DNA of 64,000 nucleotides, taken from the human T2T-CHM13v2.0 reference genome, Homo sapiens. This document shows, in pieces, positions 38,084 to 52,225 of this stretch. Position 1 is the stretch's first letter; each line of letters begins with the position of its first letter. The DNA lies in the NCBI RefSeq assembly GCF_009914755.1, contig NC_060939.1. The stretch is one strand, 5' to 3'. The notes under the pieces were generated by a model. It made no database searches. It had not been told where the DNA came from and saw nothing but the letters and a program-made list of their open reading frames with translations. The position numbers were made by a program, and so were the translations under genes.

Positions 38084-38427
38084 TCTGCCAAGGGAAGGAA
38101 GGAACCTGGGTGGCTGAGCTGAAGGAAACATCTTGGTTTAAAGGCTGAGTTGAGAATTACCCTCTGTCTCTTCAAATCCCTGCCCTTTTTCTGAATACCT
38201 CTCCTCTTCCCTCTATCTCTGGAGTGTTACAAGATAGAGAAAAGAAATATGAGTTGTTATGCATGCAAAGGTGGAGTTTTGACATTGAAATCCTATTATA
38301 TATCATTACAGCTTTCTGGGGTTGATAGTCACACACACACCACCACCAACAACAACAACAAAAGAAAATGAAAAATAAGCAAGTGGGAAATAAAGGACCA
38401 ACCTTATTTTTTACCAGCCACACCTTC

Positions 38428-38519
38428 TATTTTAATTTTTTTTGTAGAGACTCAAATGATCCCCCTGCCTTGGCTTCCCAAAGTGCTGGCATTACAGGCG
38501 TAAGCCACTGTGCCTGGCC
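38428..38519 (-). mobile_element. Alu monomer (FLAM/AluJ left arm) with internal deletion
   Basis: ttttgtagaga|ctcaaatgatcc..cccaaagtgctgg..gccactgtgcctggcc. Confidence 0.8.
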
Positions 38520-39285
38520 CTAACATCTTTTATACAAACAGGTGTAGGTGTAGGACTTTTCTAGAGAGATATATGTATATATACATGTTTTTTTTTCCTT
38601 CAGAGACAATGAGCCTGTAAGCCAAAGTAGATGGCTCTACTCCTTTCCATTTGTGCAGTTTGTGGAGACGACTCTGAATCTACTTCCCCTACAGGTCACA
38701 TGGACAAGATTGGGAAGTATGCATCACACACCATCCCCCAATCTGAGATGGAACTGCAAGTGTGAGGAGGCTGGTGGCTCTGCTCAGGGTATGCCTGCAC
38801 CTGCATCACCGACACAGAAGAGTGAATGCTGCACCCGGGGGCAAAAGCTGGAAGCAAAATCCCACTGATGATTGGATGCCTTTTAAATGACATTCAATAC
38901 TGAGTTCTGACCAGTCACTTCAGCCTCTCCTTCCTTTGGGGAAGTAGTAAAGGATAAAGAAAGAAAGAAGTAGTAAAGGCCTATTTTTTCCTTCTTTTCA
39001 GGTTGAAGTGTTAAAATAAGACTAGAACATAATACTGTATAGAAAAGAGTACAACAAAACTGAGCCATCCATCCACTGGGTGACTGGCCCTTCTCTGCTA
39101 AAGTGGTAATTCAAAGAGAAATGTTTAAAACCAAAAGACCTTAGGATAACATAAAATAGACAGGCCCAGATATGATTCTACACGTGGTAGCAATCTAAAG
39201 ACAACAAGACACAAAGATGGAAACACATCTTTCATACTGTTCTGCCACATAGCAAGAAGAAGAGACATTTTAAAGTAGCAAACAA

Positions 39286-39652
<367 letters not shown>

Positions 39653-40092
39653 TTAAGCGGGATGAAGAGCTCTCTGCTGCAAGCCACCATCGTGGTCAGG
39701 GCTTTTTTGATATCCTACAGCTCAAGAGAGGCTGGTGCTCAAGTCACAAATACATTACTTGACCTGCTGATGTATACTTAGCCCTAAGGATTGTATCTGG
39801 GAACCCTCACAAGTCCCTGAGTCTTTCCTTCTATTTATGTCTCAGTTCTGCTGCTGCTGGAATCGGAGGGAAGCTAACATAGGCTTTTAAAGGGAAGGCG
39901 CTTCTGAAGGTTTATCAACTCAGAAAGCAGAGCCTAAATTTAGTGTGCATGTAATTGTAAGTCTCAGTTTTCCCATTAGTAAAATGAAAATAATAAGTAT
40001 TCAAACCATTGGGTTATTATGAAGATGAATTAGCATCATAAATGCCAAGAGGGAACACAATGTCTTATATGATGTGAGAATTCAACACTTTT

Positions 40093-42290
40093 TTTTGATA
40101 AAATTTACCATTCCTTTATGTTAAAAACTCTCAGTAAACTGGGTATTGAAGGAACATATTCTAAATAATAAGACCCATCTCTGACAAACCCACAGTCAAC
40201 ACCATACCGAATGGGCAAAAGCTGGAAGCATTCTGCTTGAAAACCAGCCCTGGAAAAGAATGCCTTCTCACATCACTCCTGTTCAACATAGTATTGGAAG
40301 TCCCAGCCAGAGCAATCAGGGAAGAGAGAGAAATAAAGGGCATCCAAGTAGGAGAAGAGGAAATCAAACTATCCCTTTCTGAAGATGACTTGATTCTATA
40401 TCTAGAAAACCCCATAGTCTCAGTCCCAAAAATACTTCAGTTGATAAACAATATCAGCAAAGTTTCAGGACATAAAATCAATGTACAAAACTCACTGGTA
40501 TTCCTATACACCAACAACAGCCAAGCTGAGAGTCAAATCAGAAACACAATCTCATTCACAATTGTCACAAAAAGAATAAAATACCTAGGTATACAGCTAA
40601 TCAGGGAAGTGAAATATCTCCACAACAAGAATTACAAAACACTACTGAAAGGAATCAGAGATGACACAAAAAAATGAAAAAAGATCCCATACTCATGGAT
40701 AGGAAGAGTCAGTATCGTTAATATGGCCATACTGCCTAAAGCAATTTACAGATTCAATACTATTTCTATCAAACTACCAATGACATTCTTCACAGAACTA
40801 GAGAAAACTATTTTAAAACCACATGGAACCAAAAAAGAGCCCAAACAGCCAAAGCAATCCTAAGCAAAAAGAGCAAAGCTGGAGGAATCACATTAACCAA
40901 CTTCAAACTATACTACAGGGCTAAAGCAGCCAAAGCAGCATGGTACTGGTACAATAACAGACACATAGACCAATGGAACAGAATAGAGAGCCCAGAATAA
41001 GGCCATACACCTATAATTATCTGATCTTCAACAAGGCTGACAAAAACAAGCAATAGACAAAGGAATCCCTATTCAATAAATGATGCTGGGATAGCTGGCT
41101 AGCCATATGCAGAGGATTGAAGCTGGACCCCTTTATTACACCATATACAAAAATCAACTCAAGATGGACTAAAGACTTAAATGTTAGACCCCAAATTATA
41201 AAAACCCTAGGTAATACCATCCTTGACATAAGAACTAGCAAAGATTTTATGGTGAAGACATCGAAAGCAATCATAACAAAAGCAAAAATGGACAAATGGG
41301 ATCTAGTTAAAAGCTTTTGAGCAGCAAAAGAAACTATCAGCAGAGTAAATAGAAAACTAAAGAATGGGAGAAAATATTTGCAAGCTATGTATCTGACGAA
41401 GGTCTAATATCCAGCATCCATAAGGAACTTAAACAATTTTACAAGAAAAAATCTATTAAAAAGTGGGCAAAGGACATGAACAAACACTTTTCAAAAGAAG
41501 ATATACATACAGCCAACAAGCATATGAAAAAAATTCAGTATCACTGATCATTAGAGAAATGCAAATCAAAACCACAATGAGATACCATCTGACATTGGTA
41601 AGAATGGCTACTATTAACAAGTCAAAAATAACAGATGCTGGCAGAATTGTGGAGAAAAGGGAGTGCATATATATACACGGTTGGTGAGAGTGTAAACTAG
41701 TTCAACCATTGTGGAATGCAGTATGGAAATTTCTCAAAGACCTAAAAGCAGAACTACCATTCAATCTGACAATCCCATTACTGGGAATATACCTCAAAGA
41801 ATAAAAATTGTTCTGTCATAAAGACATATGCATGGGTAAGTTCTTTGCAGCACTATCCACGATAGCAATGACATAGAATCAACCTAAATGCCCATAAATA
41901 GTAGATTGGATAAAAAAATGTGGTACATATACATTATGGAATACTACACAGCCATAAAAAATTACAAGATCCTTTGCAGGAACATGGATGGAGCTTGAGG
42001 TCATTATCCTTAGCAAACTAAGGCAGGAACAGAAAACCAAATACTACATGTTCTCATTTATAAGTGGGAGCTAAATCATGAAAACACATGGACAGAAAGG
42101 TGGAAACAAGAGACACTGGGGCCTACCAGAGGTTTGAGGGTGGGAGGAGGGAGAGGATCAGGGAAAGTAACTATTGGGTGCTAGGCTTAATACCTGGGTG
42201 ACAAAATAATCTGTATAACAAATCCCCATGACACGAGTTGAAAATCCTGCACATGTACTCCTGAACCTAAAATAAAAGTTTTTAAATAAA
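40093..42290 (+). mobile_element. L1PA13-15-like LINE-1, 5'-truncated (~2.2 kb), inserted in a MIR
   Basis: RT-region remnants (ORF 40237: [20 protein letters not shown]); 3' UTR gggagaggatcagg..ctaggcttaatacctgggtgacaaaataatctgta; MIR-like sequence on both flanks (gtctcagttttcccattagtaaaatg). Confidence 0.88.
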
Positions 42291-43043
42291 GGAGTCAGCA
42301 CATTATTAAAATTGCTATTGTTATGGATTTGATTAGCCATACAATATGGTCAGATTCAGGCACAAAACAAGAATTAGCATATGCTTTTACAGCAAAAGAT
42401 ATACAACCTAGTAGAAGACAGACATAAAATGAAATTAGAACAACAGAATAACACTTGTTCAGTAATTGACATCTTTACTGAGTATGTTACCTGTCAGGAG
42501 ATGTTTTATAGAGGAAGTCACAAATTTTACCTAATTTAACTCAATAAGAAAAAATTAACAATTTTGAAATTCTATTTTAATCTCTAAATCCGTATGCATA
42601 AAAAGAGTCTTACCTGTAATTTCACCCATCCAGGAAACGACACTGACAATTCAGGTTTTTCCCCCAAGCTGCGAAACATATCTGTTGTTTCACATCTTTA
42701 TGTTCAAAGCCTATCTCTATCCCCACCTAGCTTTTAAAGAATGAATGACATTTCCTTGTGTGGTGTTTATAAACATCCAGAAATAATGTACATAAAGCAC
42801 CTAGCTGGTGTTCCATACACTGAGCACTGAAGGAACATCATCAAACTAATAGGTTCTCTGAATGACAAAGAGATATTTCCAGCTGGAAAGGCTTGGTTAG
42901 AGATGCTTGTGCTTCTGCAAATGCCCTTCTTGCCTTTCAGTCAAGAAAATAGAGGGTGTAGCTGGGGGTTGGGCAAACAACTTGGTTAGGGGCAGTAGAC
43001 ACAAGGGGTGGAGAATGTGGGAGCTTTCTGTTGGCTAGTTTAA

Positions 43044-43537
43044 CCCCTTTCCTATTCGGAAAAAAAAGTGCAGCTCGCTACCAGAGCTCATTTAATTTTA
43101 GATAAACACGCTCATTGAGGCTGAAGCAAATCTGATTTTCAATGTGAAAATAAAATATAAAAACTGTTCCTGAAGTTCTTTCTTTACTTCTTAACAGAGA
43201 GCATAAAATCGTCTGAATCATCAGAATCACCTATTTAGGATGAATCTTTGGCCAACAACTGTTCGAGAATGATGTTAACATCATGTGTAGAAAATGCTAC
43301 GTTTTCTAGGATTTGACGTTTTCAGCTATCGAGAATTACTATATTTTATACATGGAAAGACCACTACTAAAACCAGAATGGCTTAAATAGACTGATGTCT
43401 TGTTTCCAAAGTCGATATACCAGAGTGATGTGAAAATAATAATGAAAGCAAGATTATTCGTGGCAAAATTATCTCAGCATAAACACCACAGCCACAAGCA
43501 CCACCAGCTAGTATTCTTGGGGCAAACGGGAAAAGGA
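43044..43537 (-). mobile_element. MER75 piggyBac non-autonomous element
   Basis: ttaa|cccctttcc left end and aaacgggaaaagga|tgaa right end; internal gccaacaactgttcgagaatgatgttaacatca and tttccaaagtcgatatac match recalled MER75. Confidence 0.88.
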
Positions 43538-44711
43538 TGAAAAGAATGCTTATTGAGTATTGAAAAGAATGTGATTACGTGTCAAGAAATCTTCCCTTTC
43601 TAATGAGTATCTATTAAAAAAACTCTTGACTAGCAGTTTTAACTTGCTGGTAAGATTAATGAAAGACAGAATTTGCGGAGATAGTGCATGAAATAACATG
43701 ACAATTGCATTCAGTCTATACCTGTGTACAATGAATCACATGACTTTTATTATAAAGGTCTGTGTGGCTAAGTAGCTGATCTGACACACAAATATTTGCT
43801 GATATATGAAAGAAAGAATGAGGAATGGATAGCATACTGGGTAGTTACCAGGAAATCGATACTTTCAATAGCTTGGGCTTTCTTGTAATGTTGTCTGTAC
43901 TTAGCACATGTTCAAGTTCTTCCCCAGGTATGGGTGCTTTTCTAATTTCTTGTCACTCCAAGAATGACATCCCAAGCCAGATCACCTTTATTGCTCAAAG
44001 AAATGTGTATGGAGCATCACAGGCATTCCTATTTCCTCTGACATTTATGTTTCCTACAGTGTCCCTTTCCAGCATATCCTGAAATAGGACATGTTCAGTA
44101 ATATGAAATTTGTTGTCTGACAATGTTATCAATAGAGCAGAAACTTTCCTCAAGATCCCCTGAGACCTGTGTCTCATATTCATAAAAGTAGTTATTACTT
44201 TAGGTGCTGCTGGACTGTGAGTCTCTCTATAGTTATTAATTACAACTCTCAGCTGCACTGGATAGAAAGGAGCTGGTGCTTTATGAGTTTTCTCATTTCC
44301 CCAATCCTGCAATGTTTTGGACTCTGAATGGGGCAAAAAGTAATTCACAAAAGCAACAGTTGTTGTTTGTCTCATACAATTAAATTCTTGGAATTGACTC
44401 CAGAGGTGATGTTTTGAGGGGAAACAGAGTATATTGGTCATACAATGTCTTTGCCATTTGTTGAAATTGGAGTTCGATTTGGAGATGAAATCTGATAAAG
44501 TAAACGGAAAGTTGCACTGGTGTTTGGAGACCTAGGTTATTGTCTGAGTACTTGTGCTGACTTTCTGGGAAGCTTTAGCTAAACATATTATGCTCTTCTG
44601 TGCTATAATTTCTTCATGTGCAAATGTCAGTAGCTGTGTCTACTTTTCTATTAGATGAAAGATTTTTACTTGTAATTGCATGTATATAGCAAGGTACTTA
44701 ACTCTAAATTA

Positions 44712-44859
44712 CAGTCATGGCATGCAAACTGTAGAGTCACACAGTGTCCTGTGCTTGGTTTAAGAGTCAGCTGCCACTGCATTGAAAATTAATAATTTTT
44801 GAATAAGGCACCCAAAATTTTTATTTTGCCATACCCCAGAAATTATGTAGCTGGTACTG
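44712..44859 (+). mobile_element. MER91A-like hAT element
   Basis: gcttggtttaa..ttgaaaattaataatttttgaa..aaattatgtagctggtactg. Confidence 0.7.
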
Positions 44860-44986
44860 ATTCCATTATTGTGATTACATTCATTTGTAACTAAGAAAAC
44901 TTTACATATATAGATCTCCACACTAAATTTTTTTTCAGTGATATAAGTTAACAATTTATCCAATGTTTTAAAAGAGAAGTTTTTTA

Positions 44987-45072
44987 TTAGGTCGGTGCAA
45001 AAGTAATTGCATTGCGGTTTTTTCCATTGAAAGTAATGGTAAAAACCGCAAATACTTCTGCACCAACTCTAA
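44987..45072. mobile_element. MADE1 (Hsmar1-derived MITE)
   Basis: ttaggtcggtgcaaaagtaattgc..ggttttttccattgaaagtaatggtaaaaaccgcaaatacttctgcaccaactctaa; two TIRs with a short spacer; TA on the left. Confidence 0.92.
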
Positions 45073-48000
45073 TTGTTCCTATCCCATAATAGCACTCAAT
45101 ATTAACAAGTTTAATATACTACTACTATGAGTAATTTCTACTTGATTTTTTTATAAGATACAGCCATCATTGTCTTATGGGAAAACAAATTAAATCCTTG
45201 GGGACAAATGAATTGATGAACTTTTGAAAAATATACCTTGGGCCAAGGTCACATATTCTATACAACTTCATTACTTTTGAAAATACTGAAAGTTTTAGGT
45301 AAAAACTGTCTTCTGTCACCCAAAGTCCCTGAGTACCTGACAGCTGTCAAGTAGAATCCTAGACACAAGTCAACTCAGCAATACCTAGTAGAGTGGTGGC
45401 CACTGCTGTGTCTGTCATTATAAGCTATAATTAATCAATTTTTTCTTGAAAATATATTACTGAATATGATGAGTAAGTGATATTTACAATATTTATGGGG
45501 GTGAGGAGTATGATTAACCAGTTTAGTTAATAAGACACATTTTCAGTAGAGCCATCCACATTAGGTTTTTCCTTGTGACTTACTTTCCCCTGTCATATAG
45601 AACTAATAAGTTAGAAGTTCCTATTTCTCTGGAATTGGAACTTTTTCCTTACCTTTTCTTTCTTTTGGAGGAGGGGAAGGGAAGGAAGGTCATAGAGTTG
45701 CTATTTGCTTCTGTTCATACACATATAATTGACACATGAACCAATCACAAATGGGTATCCTTGTTGCATTTCCAGTTTGGGGCTTATCAGCTTTCACTTA
45801 ATCAGTTTGCCAATCACAAAACTCATGATGTTAAAATGGTGTTTGGAAGAAACTCCCCTCTCATATCATATGTGTGCTGTCATTATGTTCCTTTTGTCAT
45901 ATATGAAAACATTTTTGCTTGAGGGAGCTTATAGTTTTGTTTGAAATGTAAACATGTAACTGTTGATTTAAAAATTATGTCCAATTTGAAGATGAAATCT
46001 GATAAAGAGTTAGGCTAGAATTAGGAGACCTAGGTTATTGCCTGTGTACCCCAAATGATTTATTGAGAAGCTTTAGACACACCATACCTTTCTGTGTTAC
46101 TACAGTAAAGTATAGAAGGACCACCTAGTTTGAACTGGAAGAGTAAGAAAGGAAACTACATTTCAGCTTATACCTGGATGACACTAGTAGCTGTTTGAAC
46201 TCCCCTGCTTGACTTTAAAGACAGCTTGTAAGCAGAAGGTATGAACCAAAGAGAATGGATAAGTAGAAGGTATATGATGAAAACTACAGTCTGGTCAAAT
46301 ATGAGGAAATAAATTGAAGTTAAGGAGAGACTTAATTTTTTTAAAAAAGGTAAGAAACAGTAGTTAGTGGGAGATTATCTGTATTAAAGGCCAGCAGTTT
46401 ATGGTTGCAGAATCTGAGGATAAGTCAAATTTAGAGTATGCAGTGCTTCTGGGGAATGTTTTCTTTCTTTTAAAAGGTGCTATGTGAAAGCTCCATGAGG
46501 ATGTAGGGTCCCTCTTATTCTCTGCCATGTCACAAGGCATATAGACAGTGTTCTCAAGAATAAGCCCCCAATATCATGTGTTGGATATTTGAATGAATTG
46601 TCCAGCCAGTATTTAAGTAAGTAAGTTGAAACTGAGAAGACATATTTGTCTGATCCATATCATGCTAAAATCTGTAACTAAGTTGCATGCCTGTAAATTG
46701 TCTCCCTGGATAGCTTCCTTACACTTCAGTAAAACACTTTGTGCACATAACTAAGGGCTATGCTTATTTTAGATGAACAGACAGAAAAGGAAAATCACAT
46801 CATGGATTATGAATGGAGTAAAAATGTCCAAGAATGATTGAACCTCTTACTTTACCATTAAAAATAAGTTTTAAGAGCTATTTCAAAGTCTAAAACATAA
46901 TTTTTAACTCTTTCTTCTGTGTGTGATTTTAATATACTAACCTCTCCATTGGCAGAGTGTAAGGGGTTCTAGCAGGTCAAGGACTTCTTAATGACAACCT
47001 AGAAACATTTGTCTCAGTACTGAATAGACAGCTTCCAGAATTTTCATCTAGATCACTTGAAGGACTCATAACCAAATCTAGGACCCAATATATTCTCTGA
47101 CAGTGAATTTTTTGGGGGTAAAGTTATAGACTATTGATAATGTTCTATAAATTTCCATTTGCTTTTCTTATATTGACTATTTTAAAAATACCTAATTCTG
47201 AACTCCGAAAAGGGTGCATTTATGGATGTGATTTTAACTACAGAAAAACAAATTATACCAAAGAGAAGCTATTTATTTAGCTAATGACAGAATGTTAGTA
47301 TAAACCAGTGACATGCATCATGTGAGAAACCATTAAAAGTAGATTAAAAAATGCCTTGAAGGAATAATGGAATTCAAATGAAAATATTTTTAATGAAAAC
47401 ATATAGGAGAAGATCAATATAATTAGTTTTTAAAAATATTTTGAGCATTGATTTTTAAAAAAATTTAGGATATTTATTTACCATGAGGAAAAAAAAGAGT
47501 AATTAGTGATTGATTCTTCAGGCAGAGTAAAATCTATTGTTACAGAGAATATTTTAAGAATCTAATGAAGGAATGTAAGCTGGAGTCCCTTATATTAAGA
47601 TGATTAAATGAATCATGTTTCACGTATTTAATCAAGCAAAATCATGTCAGTGAAGTAAAGGGCATTATTTTGAATCACAAGGGCTAATACTGTATAGCTT
47701 CATATTCTCCTATCAATTACAGTCTCACAAAGATTTGCAGCCCTGCCCTGTGGGGCTCAAGAGAGGGCATGTGGGTCATTGTCAGAACCACATAGGAAGA
47801 AAAGTTCCTTGGAAGGTGGGCCAATGTTTTATTTTTCTTGTATGGACAGCACATTTAGCAGAAATGAGGAAAGGCCGTGAAGAACTTACAGATAAAAGGG
47901 ACTTAATCTATTCTATTTTACTTTCTTAAAATTTTTATTCTACTCCTCCTCTCTAAAGAGAAAACTATAATTCTTCCAAGGTATAAGTAACATAACATGA

Positions 48001-48118
48001 GATATCTACTTAATCAGAGTTCCCTGAGCAGGGAAACTTCAAAATTTCAAAAATTTGAAAGTAAGTTCTGTGCTAGAATATGAAATTTGGTAGGAAAACA
48101 GCCAGCACCTGTGTTTAG

Positions 48119-48596
<478 letters not shown>

Positions 48597-48840
48597 TGAT
48601 TCCTGAAGAACATGAGCTCTGAGGTCTCTATTAAGGATATAAAAGCCTGTCTCTCCTCCCAGGTCCATCCTACCTCAACAATAGTGCCTTTGGAGAGTTT
48701 AAATGATTGCTTTGTTCCCCTTTTTACAGCTGGACCTCTTTCACCTTTAGTTAGAGCTCTTCTGTAGTTCATTTTCAAATCCATCTATCGTATATACATG
48801 TTTACCCTTTTCAGGATTTGTGAAACTAAAACAAAACATC

Positions 48841-49205
48841 TGTGGTCGATTAAAGATGGTTGGTTGCAAATACTTTGCTATTCCTCCAATTTAGGTGTGG
48901 AATCTAATCATGCTCCCCTTGAATCTGGCCTAGCTTATGGACTTATTAACCAGTGGATACTGCAGAAGTAATTTTACGAAGTCCTGAGGGTAGATCATAC
49001 TAAGTCTTGCAACTTCTGCCTGGACCTCTTAAAACATTCCTTCTTGGACCCTTTAGTCTCCATATAAGAAATCTGACTACTCACCTGGAGGGAACTTGTG
49101 GAGAGGGCCTGAAACCAAATGAAGAGGGACGGGTCACACAGGAGTTTACGTTTTCAGCCTTCCCAAACAAGGGACCAACCATGTGAGTAGCTATATTGGA
49201 CCTTT
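48841..49205 (+). mobile_element. MLT1G/H-like MaLR LTR (3' truncated)
   Basis: tgtggtcgattaaagatgg..gctccccttgaatctgg..gcagaagt..gcaacttctgcctgg..taagaaatctgactac. Confidence 0.7.
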
Positions 49206-49517
49206 GGTCTAAGAGGGATGCTGGATCTCTCAGACTGAAAGAAGGGAAGAAAAGCAATATGGGACCTCCTTCTATCAAAAGACTGAAAATGCAGTTGCAG
49301 CTGAGGACTACGAAGAAAATAGGAGTTCAGGAAACAATGTAACCATAGCAAAACAAGATAATTCAACAACAGAGAGAATTACACCTCGAGTAGGAAAACT
49401 GCAATAGGGGGAGCAGATCTGAAAACTGATAAATAAAAGTGCTAGTTACTCAATAATCAAAAGGAAGATAACTAAAGGTAGCCACAAATAGGAGGGAATT
49501 CTAAAATCAGCATATAA

Positions 49518-49830
<313 letters not shown>

Positions 49831-51037
49831 AATGCTCCTGAAATTTTTGACTAGCCTTTTAGCTCTGTATTAACAAAAACTTGCATATAAATAATCTTTA
49901 AAGAGCTTTCTTAATAAATGTTCTCAATGACTACTGCTTATATTTTACGGACCACCTTGAACAAGAATAAAGCTGCTAATATGTAGTATTCTTTTTTTTT
50001 TTTTTTTTTACCTTGTGGTTTATTGTCAGCAAAAAATAAAATAGGATTTCTCTCTGTAAAGGGGAATGGAATACTAAAATCAGGTTGCTAACTAGAATTA
50101 TTTGTCAAAAAAAGATAAGTACTGTCTAAGAACAAGAATGCTAAGAATGACATGATTGTGATAATGACCTAATCCCTACTCCCTCATTTTGTCTTTGAGG
50201 AAGACACGAATTATATTCTCTGAACCGATTTATTGAAAAATGTTTCATTAAAGGAGCAAGAACATCTTTGGGAAGAAATGTAATGGTTATTATCTGTGCT
50301 AAGATGCTAGTGAGAGACAATGAAATTGGATAGATTCTTTGGATTCTATGATTACAAGAATGATATTGCCATAAGGCTCTTTGGCCATGGCTAATGGATT
50401 ATGAGGTCTCTTGGACTGAAATAATTGGGCAGACGATTAATAAATTATTGGATATATATTTTTAAATAGCACCAGAACTAGTGAACAGAAAATGATTTTC
50501 TATCATTTCCATGATAGAAAATCTTCACTCGTTTCCCCATTTTCCCACTTGGGTCATTTCAGTTTCTTTTCCAAGTATACAACTTTTCTGTTAGTTCTAC
50601 TTATTTGATTATTTGTCATATTGCCTCTTACACTTTTGTGTTATTAATTCATATTAATATGTAACTTTTGTGAATACTTTATTTCCAAAACTCATCTGTA
50701 ATTTTTCTCAAGAAGGAGCCATGTTCTGTGCTTCTCATTTCCCAAAGTGCCTAGCTCAACAAAGAACGTATGCTATCCATCTGCAATTACTTTCTTGAAT
50801 TGACTGGACACAACATCTAGACAGGAAATAGCTATTAATTTTTGCAAACACTACCTTCATTCAGAAATCCTTCCCCTATCCCTGGGATGATATATTTGAA
50901 AAACAGTGGTTCCTATATTTCTCTTAAACATGTAAATAATCCACTTTGGACATTTGGACATTTAAATAATCCACTTTCAAGTATTTTCTACATGTAATTC
51001 TATTTTTATGTAGTATAAAAACAGCTAAATATGTTTA

Positions 51038-51389
<352 letters not shown>

Positions 51390-51858
51390 CTAAATGAAGA
51401 AAAGTCATCAGTTCAGACATCCAGAAAATTCATCAAAACTTGAGCAGTATAAATTCAAAGGAAAACACATGTATGTATATCAAATAAAAATGCTGACAAC
51501 TGAAGATAAAGAAGAAATTCTGTTTCATGTTTTAAATTTTTTAGAGTTTTAATTAAAGAAGGACAATTGTGTCTATAGGATATAATGTAATATTTCAATA
51601 TGTGTATGTATTTTGGAATGATCAAAAATCCTTTCTTTAGCTTTTTGGAAATATACATTATTATTAGCTATTGTTGCCTTACTGCTCAAAAGAATACTTG
51701 AACCTACTTCTAACTGTAACTTTGCACCCATTGAGCAACGTTTTCCCTTTCACCTCCACCTCCCTGCTTCCTCTAGCTTCTAGTAACCATATATGTACTC
51801 TCTACTTTGTCTGTCAGTTTGACTTTTTATGATTCTACCTATAAGTGAGATTATATGG

Positions 51859-52225
51859 TGATATGGTTTGGCTCTGTGTCCCCACTCAAATCTCATCTCA
51901 AATTGCAATTCCCATAATCCCCACATCAAGGGAGAGACCTGGTGGGAGGTAATTGGATCATGGGGACGGTTTCCCCCATGCTGTTCTTGTGAGAGTGCGT
52001 GAGTTCTCAGGAGATCCGGTGGTTTTATAAGTGTTTGACAGTTCCTCCTTCACATACTCTCTTAGTTGCCACCATGTAGATGCCCCTGCTTCCCCTTCTG
52101 CCATTATTGTAAGTTTCCTGAGGCCTCCCCAGCCATGTGGAACTGTGAGTCAATGAAACCTCTTTTCTTTATAAATTACCCAGGCTTGGGCAATTCTTAT
52201 AATAGTGTGAGAATGGACTAATACA
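51859..52225 (+). mobile_element. THE1C/D MaLR solo LTR
   Basis: tgatatggtttggctctgtgtcccc ... gaatggactaataca; 5-bp TSD TATGG at 51854-51858 and 52226-52230. Confidence 0.93.

Noticed and set aside
43995-44441. 148-aa minus-strand ORF in unique sequence
   Set aside because: No recognisable domain or convincing splice context; compatible with chance.
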